Shown here: piece after piece, positions 21,471 through 31,254 of the stretch
Layout of the letters: every line of letters begins with the position of its first letter
How positions within the stretch are numbered: the stretch's first letter is position 1
NCBI GenBank assembly: GCA_965223345.1
Contig: CBDCWG010000012.1
Coordinates: 544,001 to 608,000 of the forward strand
DNA: 64,000 bases
Direction of reading: 5' to 3'
Origin: Nitrospinales bacterium
Lineage (GTDB): Bacteria > Nitrospinota > Nitrospinia > Nitrospinales > VA-1
Made by a program: the position numbers and the translations under genes
The notes under the pieces: model-generated
Told to the model about the DNA's origin: nothing
The model's database searches: none
What the model saw: only the letters and a program-made list of their open reading frames with translations

Positions 21471-21914
21471 ATGGATGACCGGAACTATGCGGGGTTTTGG
21501 ATTCGAACCGGCGCCGCGCTCATTGACTCGGTAGCGATTTTACTGCTCATCGCGCCGGTGCTCACCGTTGTCTATGGCAAAGGCTACTGGTTCGACAATT
21601 CCCTGTACCAGGGCGTGTGGGACATCGTATTGAATTTCATTTTCCCTGCCGTCGCCGTGGTGCTTTTCTGGCTGTACCGCTCCGCCACCCCCGGTAAAAT
21701 GCTGACCCGCCTCGTCATCATCGACGCCCAGACTGGGAAAAAACCCACCACGGGGCAGTTCATCATTCGTTACTTAGGTTATTACGTTTCGATGCTGCCG
21801 CTTTTTCTGGGGATCTTCTGGGTGGGAATCGACAAGCGAAAACAGGGCTTTCACGACAAAATGGCAGACACCGTGGTGATCCGGGAAAACCCTCCCGAAT
21901 CGAAATCTGCTTAA
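21471..21914 (+). CDS. RDD family membrane protein
   Basis: YAGFWIRTGAALID, TPGK, KQGFHDK; GGAG RBS. Confidence 0.9.
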   Translation: MDDRNYAGFWIRTGAALIDSVAILLLIAPVLTVVYGKGYWFDNSLYQGVWDIVLNFIFPAVAVVLFWLYRSATPGKMLTRLVIIDAQTGKKPTTGQFIIRYLGYYVSMLPLFLGIFWVGIDKRKQGFHDKMADTVVIRENPPESKSA

Positions 21915-22020
21915 CCATCTGATTTCCATCAACCTACTACAGTTGTCATTGAGACGCGTTTTTATATCGGTTCTAGTCATACCTCTTTCTTACGTGTTCA
22001 AATATGAGTTTTTTTATTTG

Positions 22021-23080
22021 TCAAAAAAGGTTTTTGGATAAAAACTTTCCCAGTTCTCGATAGTATTGCTTGGACTCTAAACCATATTCTCCGTGCGAAG
22101 CTCCTTCATAAACATTGAGATCGGCCTAAATCCCAGCTATCTTTTATTTTCTGTGCGTTCGCACCACATCGCTCAAGAACAGGTCTCGGGTTCCAGTGAC
22201 GAGATAAGTTGGAAAAAATCCAGTGAAATCCCCATACACCGGTGAGATCAGCGGATTCTTCATATCGTGGTCGCCGGCAAACAACTTCGCGGCATCGGCC
22301 AACAGGCCATCGTAGGTCACAAGAATGCGGTCGATGCCTTCGTTCGTATAATGACTGTCCCCTGTTTTTGTCAGATCCGCCCACGGCGTTCCTGCGAACA
22401 GCGCGGCTGGGATGTCCAATCCGAGTTCGATCAGCTTGTGAGTCGATGCCAAGGCGAGACCGCCACCGGCGGAAGAGCCGCCCAATGCAATCGAGCGGGC
22501 GTGCCGCGTTTTTAACAGGTGCTTGTAAACCGCGACGACATCCTGCACTGCGCCGGGAAAAGGGTGCTCGGGTGGCATGCGGTAATCGATCGACAACACC
22601 GGTATTTTCACCTGGCTGGCGATCACCATGGCTTCGTGCACTCCCGCATAACCCCGGTGGAACACCGTGCAAATGAATAAACAGGTGCCTCCGATGCTGG
22701 GGAGTAATTCCTGCGGGAATCACATGCCGTACCGGAACTCCCGCAATCGTGTCTCTTGCCACCGTCCCTGAAAAACGCCTATCAAAGTTTTTTGCCGTTT
22801 TTTCCCCTATTGCGTTTGCGGCTTGGATCAAATCGATCCACATCGTTTCACTCTTTGGCGAATGCTGACGGGCTTTCGTGACATCGGGTGCGTGAGCGGT
22901 TGTGAGCTGCTGTCTGAGCGGCTCGCTCGCAGCAGCGGGCACCGGCACGGTTCTTTTTTGTAACGTCCAGGGCCGTTCCTGCAACCGAAAATGGTTGATG
23001 GCAGCGGAACCGACACTAAGAACGAATACGCCGACCACAACACACACCGCTTGCACTGTTTTTCTAATCGAATGACTCAA
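22021..23080 (-). pseudogene. Disrupted HSL-family esterase (abhydrolase_3)
   Basis: Frameshift at the HGG motif (~22660); GGSSAGG; in-frame TAA 22144-22146 and TAG 22126-22128; frame continues ADLNVYEGASH to TGA at 22021. Confidence 0.85.
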
Positions 23081-23111
23081 TCAGCTTGGGCTCGTTTTTT
23101 CACCAAAAAAT

Positions 23112-23144
23112 AAAAGGCTGAACGCAATTCGTTCAGCCCCTTTT
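23112..23144. terminator. Bidirectional intrinsic terminator
   Basis: GGCTGAACG-CAATT-CGTTCAGCC with flanking A and T runs. Confidence 0.7.
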
Positions 23145-23222
23145 ATGCCTTCAACATCATCACAGCACATTCACAGGCAGGTCATGATTCTTAATGAGTG
23201 TGTTTTTATTTTTGAGCGAGGG

Positions 23223-25046
23223 TCATTGCGACGTTTTCCGAACATGCGGGAAGGGAAAGATGGGGTCCCAGTCTCCGATTGCAAAACTCTGAACGGCAAC
23301 CTTCCCCAATGGACTGCCATTGCGGAACAACTGCGCCCGAACTTCTCCCGTTCCGGTCAGGGGGATTCGCCCGTTGTAGAGGCTTGAGTACGCATTGGGC
23401 ATGCTGCCGTCCTGGGTGAAGCGGATTTGACTGTCCGGAACCTTGCTTCCAAGTGCAAGCGTGAGATGCCCGGCGCCGTTTGCCAGTGCAAAATGAACAT
23501 CATACAGGCTGCGAGCAACGTGGACGCCTGCTTTTTGCAGACGCGGTATGTGCGCATCCAGTCTCTGGGCAAAATTCCACCAATCTCTCATTTCTTTTGG
23601 CGACCACACGACTTCCGCAAGCGCCAGAGCACGGGGATACGTCATATAGTCCACGGCCGCGCCCGTCTTCATATACTCGGTCCAGACCTGCCCCTGAGCA
23701 CCCAGGATATGAGCGGCCTCTTTTTGGGAGAGGTCTTCCGGTACAGGTTCGAACGCGTAGACCTTCTCGATCGGTGTGTAGCCACCGATTGCAAGCGGTT
23801 CACCGGGGGAGTGCGACTGATAATAATCGAAGTAGGTGTGGCTGGAAGGGGTCATCACCACATCGTGGCCGGCTTTTGCGGCGGTGATGCCGCCACCCAT
23901 GCCCCGCCAGGACATGACCGTGGCGTTGGCTGCAAGCCCGCCCTCCATGATTTCGTCCCAGCCGATGATCGTGCGTCCTTTTGCGCTCACGAATCGCTCG
24001 ATGCGCTGGATGAAGTGGCTTTGCAGTTCCTTTTCATCTTCAAGGCCCTGCTGCTGGATCAGCGCCTGTGCAACCAAGCTGGCCTGCCATTGATCCTTGG
24101 GGGCTTCGTCGCCGCCGATATGGATATACGGACCCGGGAACAGGCCCATGACTTCGCTGAGCACATTTTCGAGGAAGCGGAAGGTCCTTTCATGCGGGCA
24201 GTAAATATCTCCATGCACGCCCCACTTTGTGGAAACGAAGATCGGTCCCTCATTGCAGGCAAATTCCGGATAAGCGGCGAGCGCGGCCGTCGAATGGCCC
24301 GGCATCTCAATTTCCGGAATGATCGTCACATGACGCGCCGCGGCGTAGCGCACGATCTCGCGGATTTCCTCCTGCGTGTAAAACCCGCCGTGCGGGGTGC
24401 TGTCAAAACGCAGGTGTTTTTCTGTGACCAGACCGACCAGCGTTTCGCTGCGTGTGCCGCCGACCTGTGTGAGGCGCGGGTATTTTTTTATCTCGATCCG
24501 CCAGCCCTGGTCGTCCGTCAGATGCCAGTGGAAGCGGTTGAACTTGTAGCGCGCCATTTGATCGATAAAGCGTTTGATGTACTCGGGCGGCAAAAAATGC
24601 CGGGCCACATCCAGCATCATCCCGCGATAGGCAAAGCGCGGCCGGTCGCGGATGACCCCCTGACGCATCCCCTCTCCCGTTTCCGGAATCAACTGCTTCA
24701 GAGTCTGTATCCCGTAAAAGAGTCCGGCGGAACTTTCTCCCGTGAGGACGATGCTCCTTTCCCGCACTTCCAGCTGATAGCCCTCCGGTCCCAATCCTGT
24801 ATCAGCCAGCACCAGATACAGGTTGCCTCTCACACCAGAGAGAAAGGGTTCCAGCGCATGCAGCGTTGGATCGCTCACTTGCACAGTGAGGGTTTCAGGA
24901 AGCACGTGCTGTTTCCCTTCGATCCACTGGACCTGCATGGGCATGGGAATGAGATCCGTATTGCCTGCAAACGAGGGAGATGCCACAAAAAGGATAAGAG
25001 TGACGAGCAAAGACAGAATTGGGGTGAACCGGCGCGAAAGCACCAT
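23223..25046 (-). CDS. Beta-N-acetylhexosaminidase (GH20)
   Basis: RGMMLDVARHF, HWHLTDDQGWR, PEIEMPGH, HIGGDE, QVWTEY; signal peptide; start 25046 or 25103. Confidence 0.93.
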   Translation of the reverse strand: MVLSRRFTPILSLLVTLILFVASPSFAGNTDLIPMPMQVQWIEGKQHVLPETLTVQVSDPTLHALEPFLSGVRGNLYLVLADTGLGPEGYQLEVRERSIVLTGESSAGLFYGIQTLKQLIPETGEGMRQGVIRDRPRFAYRGMMLDVARHFLPPEYIKRFIDQMARYKFNRFHWHLTDDQGWRIEIKKYPRLTQVGGTRSETLVGLVTEKHLRFDSTPHGGFYTQEEIREIVRYAAARHVTIIPEIEMPGHSTAALAAYPEFACNEGPIFVSTKWGVHGDIYCPHERTFRFLENVLSEVMGLFPGPYIHIGGDEAPKDQWQASLVAQALIQQQGLEDEKELQSHFIQRIERFVSAKGRTIIGWDEIMEGGLAANATVMSWRGMGGGITAAKAGHDVVMTPSSHTYFDYYQSHSPGEPLAIGGYTPIEKVYAFEPVPEDLSQKEAAHILGAQGQVWTEYMKTGAAVDYMTYPRALALAEVVWSPKEMRDWWNFAQRLDAHIPRLQKAGVHVARSLYDVHFALANGAGHLTLALGSKVPDSQIRFTQDGSMPNAYSSLYNGRIPLTGTGEVRAQLFRNGSPLGKVAVQSFAIGDWDPIFPFPHVRKTSQ

Positions 25047-25370
25047 TCCTCTTTTTCTGAAATGGGAAAATGAACTCTCCGGCTTTTTGAGTGGGGGTTT
25101 CATAAAGCCTCCCTAAAGGAATTGGAATTTTATTTAGGGCTTTATTCGGGTTTTTCTTTTAGAAAAACGAGGGTTGGGAAGCGATTGATGATCGGCCCGG
25201 ACAGGACCGGGAAAAAGAACTGCGGAACGGGAGGACTTGAAGCCCACCCGTTTTTTTCAATTTCAGGTTGCGATCGGCAAGCAGGCACTTGCCAAAGCTA
25301 AGTCATTATAAAAGAAAATTGTAACTTTTGTATATCGTTCGATCGGACTAATGTGCGCAGACAAAACGAA

Positions 25371-26558
25371 TCAGAGTTTCAAAAATATTCTTCTGTCATA
25401 CATGATCTTCAACGGAATGTAGAGCAGACCCAAAAACAAAACGGCAAACATCAAAGAGCCCTGGTAATTTCCCAAAAGGGGTTTGAGACCCTGTTCAAAC
25501 AACCAGCTTTTTAAAGTCGCCGTCCCGTCCACCTGAACCATCAAAAGCAATGCCGCACCCACTCCTTGCAGCATGTAAAAGGCGATGGCGTTCAAGCCGC
25601 ACACGGCAAACGGCGCCGACCACAAGCGCCAGCGTTTGATCTCCAACAGCCAGATCAGCAACGCCAGGCACAACGCCGCCAGGCCCGCGGTCAACAACAC
25701 GAACGTGGGCGTCCACAGGGTTTTGTTGACGGGCAACCAGCTGTGCAGCGCCTGTCCCGCAACCGCCGCGATCAGTCCCGCGACAACGAGCAAACTCGAT
25801 TTTCTCTTGTGGCCGATTCCCTCCTGCTGAACCCACGTCCCGGCCAGGGCGCCGAACAGACAGGTCGCAATGGACGGCATCGTGGACAACAGCCCTTCCG
25901 GATCGTAGACAAAAGGCATCGTGTTTTTATAATAAACGTATTTCGCTCCGAAGACCCAGGAATCCATGTAAGCGGGAAAGCTGTTGCCGTGTTCCAGCAG
26001 TCCGGAATATTGTTTCGACTCGCCGTAAGGCATGTAGAGAATCAGGACCGCGTAACCGGTCAACAGACCGAGGATCCAAAGAACACGTCCGCGCAATTGA
26101 AAATGCAGTACCAGCAAGCTGGTAAAAAAATAAACGATGCCAATGCGTTGCAGCACGCCCATGATGCGTACGTTGGGCAGCATATCGGTGAACCAGTTGA
26201 ACCCGGCCTGGTAAAAATTAAAGTAAAACAGATTCAAAAACAGTCCCAGCGCGATCAACTTGAGGGAGCGTACGGAAATATTTTTATACACCGACCAGTT
26301 CGCTGGACGTTGCCGATTTCCCGGTTCCAGCGCCATCACAATCGACATGCCGACGATAAAAATGAAAAAAGGAAATATCAGATCCGCCAGGGTCCAGCCA
26401 TGCCAACTGGAATGCAGCATGGGAGCGTACACATAACTCCAGTTGCCGGGATTGTTGACCAGAATCATGGCCGCCACCAGAGCGCCGCGAAACACATCTA
26501 CGGTCAGCAACCGACCGGATGGATACTGTTGGTGAACATTCGACAGATAATTGCGCAC
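25371..26558 (-). CDS. nagX: NagX/heparan-alpha-glucosaminide N-acetyltransferase-like membrane protein
   Basis: DVFRG..MILVNNPG, WHGWTLADLIFPFF, GVLQRI, DPEGLLST, NKTLWT. Confidence 0.85.
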   Translation of the reverse strand: MRNYLSNVHQQYPSGRLLTVDVFRGALVAAMILVNNPGNWSYVYAPMLHSSWHGWTLADLIFPFFIFIVGMSIVMALEPGNRQRPANWSVYKNISVRSLKLIALGLFLNLFYFNFYQAGFNWFTDMLPNVRIMGVLQRIGIVYFFTSLLVLHFQLRGRVLWILGLLTGYAVLILYMPYGESKQYSGLLEHGNSFPAYMDSWVFGAKYVYYKNTMPFVYDPEGLLSTMPSIATCLFGALAGTWVQQEGIGHKRKSSLLVVAGLIAAVAGQALHSWLPVNKTLWTPTFVLLTAGLAALCLALLIWLLEIKRWRLWSAPFAVCGLNAIAFYMLQGVGAALLLMVQVDGTATLKSWLFEQGLKPLLGNYQGSLMFAVLFLGLLYIPLKIMYDRRIFLKL

Positions 26559-27003
26559 GGTTGTGGAATACGGAGAGTGGTGCCGCTCAAGACAGAAATT
26601 TGGAATCGCTCCGCCTCGCTGAGCCGGTTGGCAACAGTCAGGTCGGATGGGATGCGTTCCGTTGGATGTTTCTTTTCTATATCAGGAGGCCGCGGACTGA
26701 CAGCCGTGGATCGTCAATGAATACAATACCGCTTGCGGATTGCCTGCTGATTGTGGCAATCGCTGGATACGTGAAGTTTTTGCAAACAATTGGATGTGGA
26801 TGCAGATCAAAAAAATTTTTATTGAGGTGACTCTTAAATTTGGCAGTGATGCCGGGGAAACTTTGAGTTTCAGGAAAGAAATAATTTACCGGAGCATTAA
26901 AGATGAATTCATGTAAAATTTCAATATAATTTCACAACCATTACCGCACAAAATAGTTCGCCGATCTCAGCCATGCGCATCGGACCATGCGCTCAAGATT
27001 TGT

Positions 27004-28773
27004 TTACAGCTTGTTCCAGTTTCGCCACAGAAACCACGCCGAACCACACGCAATGAAAAACAAAAACCAGGACAAGGTTGTGTGACCGTACAAGCCGTAG
27101 CCGATCGCGAATAAAAAACTGTAGACCGCAAGACACGCGACGCCCATACAAAGAATCGACAACGCCAGTTGCCCCCCCTGGGCGTCCGCCTGCAACACCT
27201 CTCCATCGGCCTGCGCTTCCCGGACCACGCGCCGCCAACCCGGCCCGGCCGGTTGGATCAAGCTATAGAACTTCCTCAGGGTGGCTTTGTCTGTGGCCGG
27301 CGCCAGCCAGGTGGCGGCCAGCCAGCCGGCTGTGGTCACCGCAATGCCCCCCACCAGTTTTTGCCATTCGCTCCAGCCCGGCAACTCCGCCAACTGGAAA
27401 AACAGCGCCGCGAGGAAGGACACCGCCATGGCCGCAATCTCGCTCCAGGCATTGATGCGCCACCAGAACCAGCGCAGAATCAGCAACAGACCGGTGCCCG
27501 CCCCGATCGACAGCAAGATATTGAAAACCTGTAAAGCGCTTTCCAGAAACAACGCCAGCGAGCAGGACAAAACCATCAGAACGACGGTGGAAAGCCGTCC
27601 GACCCGCACCAGCGTTTTATCGCTGGCCTGCGGATCGACAAAGCGCCGGTAAAAGTCGTTCACCACGTAGGAAGACCCCCAGTTGACCTGGGTTGACATC
27701 GTGGACATATACGCGGAGACGAGCGAGGCGACCACGAGCCCCAACAGGCCTTCGGGCAGAAAGGTGAGCATCGCAGGATAGGCGAAGTCGTGGCCGATCA
27801 CGCCCGGATCGACCTCGGGAAACGCCGCGACGATCGCAGCGGTGTCGGGGAACACCACGAGCGAGGCGAGCGCGACCAAAATCCAGGGCCAGGGTCGCAG
27901 GGCGTAGTGCGCCAGCTGGAAAAACAGCACCGCGCCCATGGCGTGCCGCTCGTTCTTCGCCGCCAGCATCCGCTGCGCCACATACCCGCCGCCGCCGGGC
28001 TCGGAGCCGGGATACCACACGCTCCACCACTGCACCGCCAGCGGAATGATGAACACAGTCAGGGCCAGCTCGGTATTGGAAAAATCCGGTAACATCGACA
28101 GCTTGCCGCTGACGTTCGGGTGCAGGATCAGATTCGCCAGGCCCCCCACATCCGGATGGTTGAGCGCCGCCCAGGCGGCAGCGATGGCGCCCAGCATGGC
28201 GATCGCGAACAACACCAGATCCGAGATCACGACTCCGACAAAGCCGCCCATGGAACTGAAGATCACCGTCACCGTGCCGGCCACGAGGATGGTCTCTAAA
28301 GGGCTGGTGCCCAGCATGACCGCGCCGATTTTGATCGCCGCCAGCGAGACGGTCGCCATCACCACCACATTGAAGAACACGCCCAGATACAGCGCCCGGA
28401 ACGCGCGCACCGCCGTTGCGGATTTGCCGCTGTAACGCAGCTCGTAAAACTCCAGATCCGTCATGACTCCGGAACGGCGCCACAGCTTGGCGTAAACGAA
28501 GGTGGTCAACATGCCCGTCAGCAGCATCGCCCACCAGACCCAGTTGCCGGCGACGCCATTGTTGCGCACGATATCCGTCACCAGCAGGGGCGTGTCGGCG
28601 GCGAAGGTGGTGGCCACCATGGACACTCCCAACAACCACCACGGCATATTGCGGCCGGAGAGGAAAAAAGACTCGGCGCTGCGACCGGCCCGTTTGCTGA
28701 CCACAGCGCCGATCGCCAGAGAAATACCGAAAAACAGGAGGATGATCAGCCAGTCGATCAACGTGAGGTGCAT
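27004..28773 (-). CDS. Sodium:solute symporter family protein
   Basis: FFLSGRNMPWW, ATTFAADTP, QRMLAA, AYMST; many TM segments. Confidence 0.92.
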   Translation of the reverse strand: MHLTLIDWLIILLFFGISLAIGAVVSKRAGRSAESFFLSGRNMPWWLLGVSMVATTFAADTPLLVTDIVRNNGVAGNWVWWAMLLTGMLTTFVYAKLWRRSGVMTDLEFYELRYSGKSATAVRAFRALYLGVFFNVVVMATVSLAAIKIGAVMLGTSPLETILVAGTVTVIFSSMGGFVGVVISDLVLFAIAMLGAIAAAWAALNHPDVGGLANLILHPNVSGKLSMLPDFSNTELALTVFIIPLAVQWWSVWYPGSEPGGGGYVAQRMLAAKNERHAMGAVLFFQLAHYALRPWPWILVALASLVVFPDTAAIVAAFPEVDPGVIGHDFAYPAMLTFLPEGLLGLVVASLVSAYMSTMSTQVNWGSSYVVNDFYRRFVDPQASDKTLVRVGRLSTVVLMVLSCSLALFLESALQVFNILLSIGAGTGLLLILRWFWWRINAWSEIAAMAVSFLAALFFQLAELPGWSEWQKLVGGIAVTTAGWLAATWLAPATDKATLRKFYSLIQPAGPGWRRVVREAQADGEVLQADAQGGQLALSILCMGVACLAVYSFLFAIGYGLYGHTTLSWFLFFIACGSAWFLWRNWNKL

Positions 28774-29022
28774 GCCGTCGCTCTTCTCTGATAGAGATTT
28801 GAGCTAGCGACTTTACCCCGTTTCGATGGCATGTCCAATATTTTTGCACCCCATTCGGCGCAGCAAAGGACAGGGGTCCACCACGGAGTTGATATCTTTG
28901 GGCTTTGAAGAGGATGGGAAAGTGATGCCAAGGAGGGAGGCTGCTGAAACCGTTTGCAATGATCGGCAAAGGATTTCATTTTGCTCATTTCAGCATTATT
29001 ACATTGAATTGAGCAATGATTC

Positions 29023-29288
29023 TTATTTCATCTCCATCATCTGGGAAACGCGGATAGTTCCGCCATTCTCTAAAAACGGATCGGATTTTGCGATTGCAAC
29101 GGCGGCGTCCATATTTTCCGCCTGAACAACGGCGAAGCCTTTCATCGCATTAGGATCGTTATCCTCTTCAACGCCACTTGATGTTACAATTTTCAAAGCC
29201 GGCAACGGGGTTCCCGGATTGACGATCGCGTCACCGAGACCTGCTACCCAGGCTTTCCATTTTTCCATCTGAGCCATTCCCTCTTCAG
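29023..29288 (-). pseudogene. 5'-truncated YCII-related protein
   Basis: EEGMAQMEKWKAW...NPGTPL...GFAVVQAENMDAAVAIAK.DP; normal N-terminus absent. Confidence 0.65.
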
Positions 29289-29289
29289 A

Positions 29290-29982
29290 TACCTGGACAG
29301 CGTCGGCGCCGCTTAGCACTTCCTGAAGGACAAGGAGTTGATGCCGCGGCTGGCGGAACTGCTGGCAGAGGAGAATGTGATCGGCTGGTGCGCCGGACGC
29401 ATGGAGTTCGGGCCGCGCGCACTGGGAGGCCGTTCCATCATCGGCGACCCCCGAAGCCGGAAAATGCAATCGGTCATGAACCTGAAGATCAAGTACCGGG
29501 AATCGTTCCGCCCGTTCGCACCGGCGGTGAAAGCGGAAAACGTGTCGGACTGGTTCGAGATCGAAACCGCAAGCCCGTACATGCTGCTCGTCGCGCCGGT
29601 GCGGGAAAGCTTGCGCATCCCGATGACCGAGGAGCAGAAAAACCTATTTGGAATTGAAAAACTCAACGTGCCGCGTTCGCAGATTCCGGCGGTCACGCAT
29701 ATCGATTACTCGGCGCGCATTCAGACCGTGCACGCAGAGACGAATCCCCGGTTTTACCAACTGCTCGATTCGTTCGAAAAACACACGGGCTGTCCGGTCC
29801 TGGTCAACACCTCCTTCAATGTGCGCGGCGAACCCATAGTCTGCACGCCTGAGGATGCCTACCGCTGTTTCATGCGCACGGAGATGGATTATCTGGTGCT
29901 GGAAAATTATCTGATCCCCAAAACCGATCAGCCGGAAAGGAAAGAGAAGGGTGACTGGAAAAATGAATTTGAACTGGACTGA
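29290..29982 (+). pseudogene. C-terminal fragment of NodU/CmcH (SxtI-like) carbamoyltransferase
   Basis: GRMEFGPRALGGRSI, RESFRPFAP, NTSFNVRGEP; N-terminal domain missing; in-frame TAG 29314-29316. Confidence 0.85.
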
Positions 29983-29985
29983 ACG

Positions 29986-30387
29986 ATGCAGCCCCAGAAA
30001 CTGACCGAACCCGAATTGCGGAAATTCGGTTTGACGACCGGGGCGATTGCCGCGGTGTTGTTCGGTTTGCTGCTGCCCTGGATCTTCGGCCACCGGCTCC
30101 CCCTTTGGCCGTGGTGCGTGGCCGGGACACTGTGGCTGCTGGCGCTGGTTTATCCCAAAGCCCTGCAGCCCATATATACGGTCTGGATGAAGATCGGTCA
30201 TGGGCTGGGCTAGGTGAACACACGCCTCATCCTCGGCATCCTGTTTTATGGGCTGATTTTGCCGATGGGAATGGTGATGCGTTTTTTTCGCAAGGACCCG
30301 CTGGCCCGGAAAATGGAATCCGACCTCACCACCTACCGGGTCAAAAGTAGAGTGCTCCCCAAACAACATATGGAAAGGCCATTCTGA
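29986..30387 (+). pseudogene. SxtJ-like membrane protein with internal stop
   Basis: ELRKFG...WMKIGHGLG*VNTRLIL...MERPF; TAG at 30211-30213. Confidence 0.82.
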
Positions 30388-30539
30388 TGCTGGATCTGAT
30401 CAAAGATCTGTGGGCGTTCATGAAGGACAGAAAAAAATTCTGGCTCGCGCCCATCATCGTGATCATGCTGCTCATGGGAGCGCTGATCGTTCTTTCGCAA
30501 GGCTCCGCGGTCGCGCCTTTCATCTACACGTTGTTTTGA
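30387..30539 (+). CDS. SxtK-like (DUF5989) small membrane protein
   Basis: MLDLIKDLWAFMKDRKKFWLAPII...GSAVAPFIYTLF, 50 aa, absent from ORF track; TGATG overlap. Confidence 0.88.
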   Translation: MLDLIKDLWAFMKDRKKFWLAPIIVIMLLMGALIVLSQGSAVAPFIYTLF

Positions 30540-30585
30540 CTCCAGGCCGCTCGCCTGGGCCGTCTTCCCGGGAGAACGAAGCTAC

Positions 30586-30945
30586 TTGAAGAAGATGAGT
30601 CCTGCCTACGAAAAAATCTATGCGGCTGTGAAGCAAATTCCCCGCGGCCGGGTTGCCACATATGGGCAGATCGCCGAAATCGCAGGGCTACCGCGGCAGC
30701 CCCGTCGGGTCGGTTACGCCCTGCATGCCCTGCCCCCCTCTCACGCGATACCTTGGCATCGGGTGATCAATGCCAAAGGCGAAATCAGCAGGCGGTCAAA
30801 ACCGGGCTGTGAAAAACGGCAACAGGAGCTGCTGGAGAATGAGGGAATTGAAATGGACGCCGCGGGCCGGATTTCACTGTCTCGATATCGCTGGCGGCCG
30901 AAGCCACAACCTGCGTGTGGACACGCAGACTCATTGACGGAATAG
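30586..30945 (+). CDS. Alkyltransferase-like (ATL/YbaZ) protein
   Basis: IPRGRVATYGQIA, RVGYAL, PWHRV (Trp in place of the MGMT Cys); start 30586 or 30595. Confidence 0.88.
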   Translation: MKKMSPAYEKIYAAVKQIPRGRVATYGQIAEIAGLPRQPRRVGYALHALPPSHAIPWHRVINAKGEISRRSKPGCEKRQQELLENEGIEMDAAGRISLSRYRWRPKPQPACGHADSLTE

Positions 30946-31254
30946 ATTCAAACCAACAGTTTGACAATCAAATCCTTCCCGGCTTTTTCCGGCGCCCCCC
31001 TTTAATTGAAACAAATTTCGGGGTTTCAGCCCCAGTTCCCGAAATCCTGGGAATGCTGTTCTGGACTCCGAACCCATTTTGCTATCAAAGAGAAGTCTTA
31101 ACCTGCCCTCCGCTCTTCTCGCTTCTTCACAGGAATCCACCCTCTTTTCATAAATTTACTTCGAATTTCTGAGAAATTTTTGCCGAGGTTTTGCTACAGT
31201 AGAAAAAATCTCCGCCAGTCATCGGTTTGATTCTGCATCGTGAAAGGAAAAGCA

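Noticed and set aside
21448..21915. Integron cassette (GTTGGAT before and GCTTAAC at the stop of the RDD gene)
   Set aside because: The boxes are not complementary, no attC hairpin or downstream GTTRRRY was found, and there is no IntI.
22126..30213. Amber (TAG) recoding, given three in-frame TAGs
   Set aside because: The TAGs appear to replace different residues by single substitutions, co-occur with other lesions, and TAG ends normal genes in this window.
29290..30539. Saxitoxin biosynthesis
   Set aside because: SxtI/J/K-like triads occur outside toxin clusters; no sxtA/G/B-like genes are present and two members are broken.
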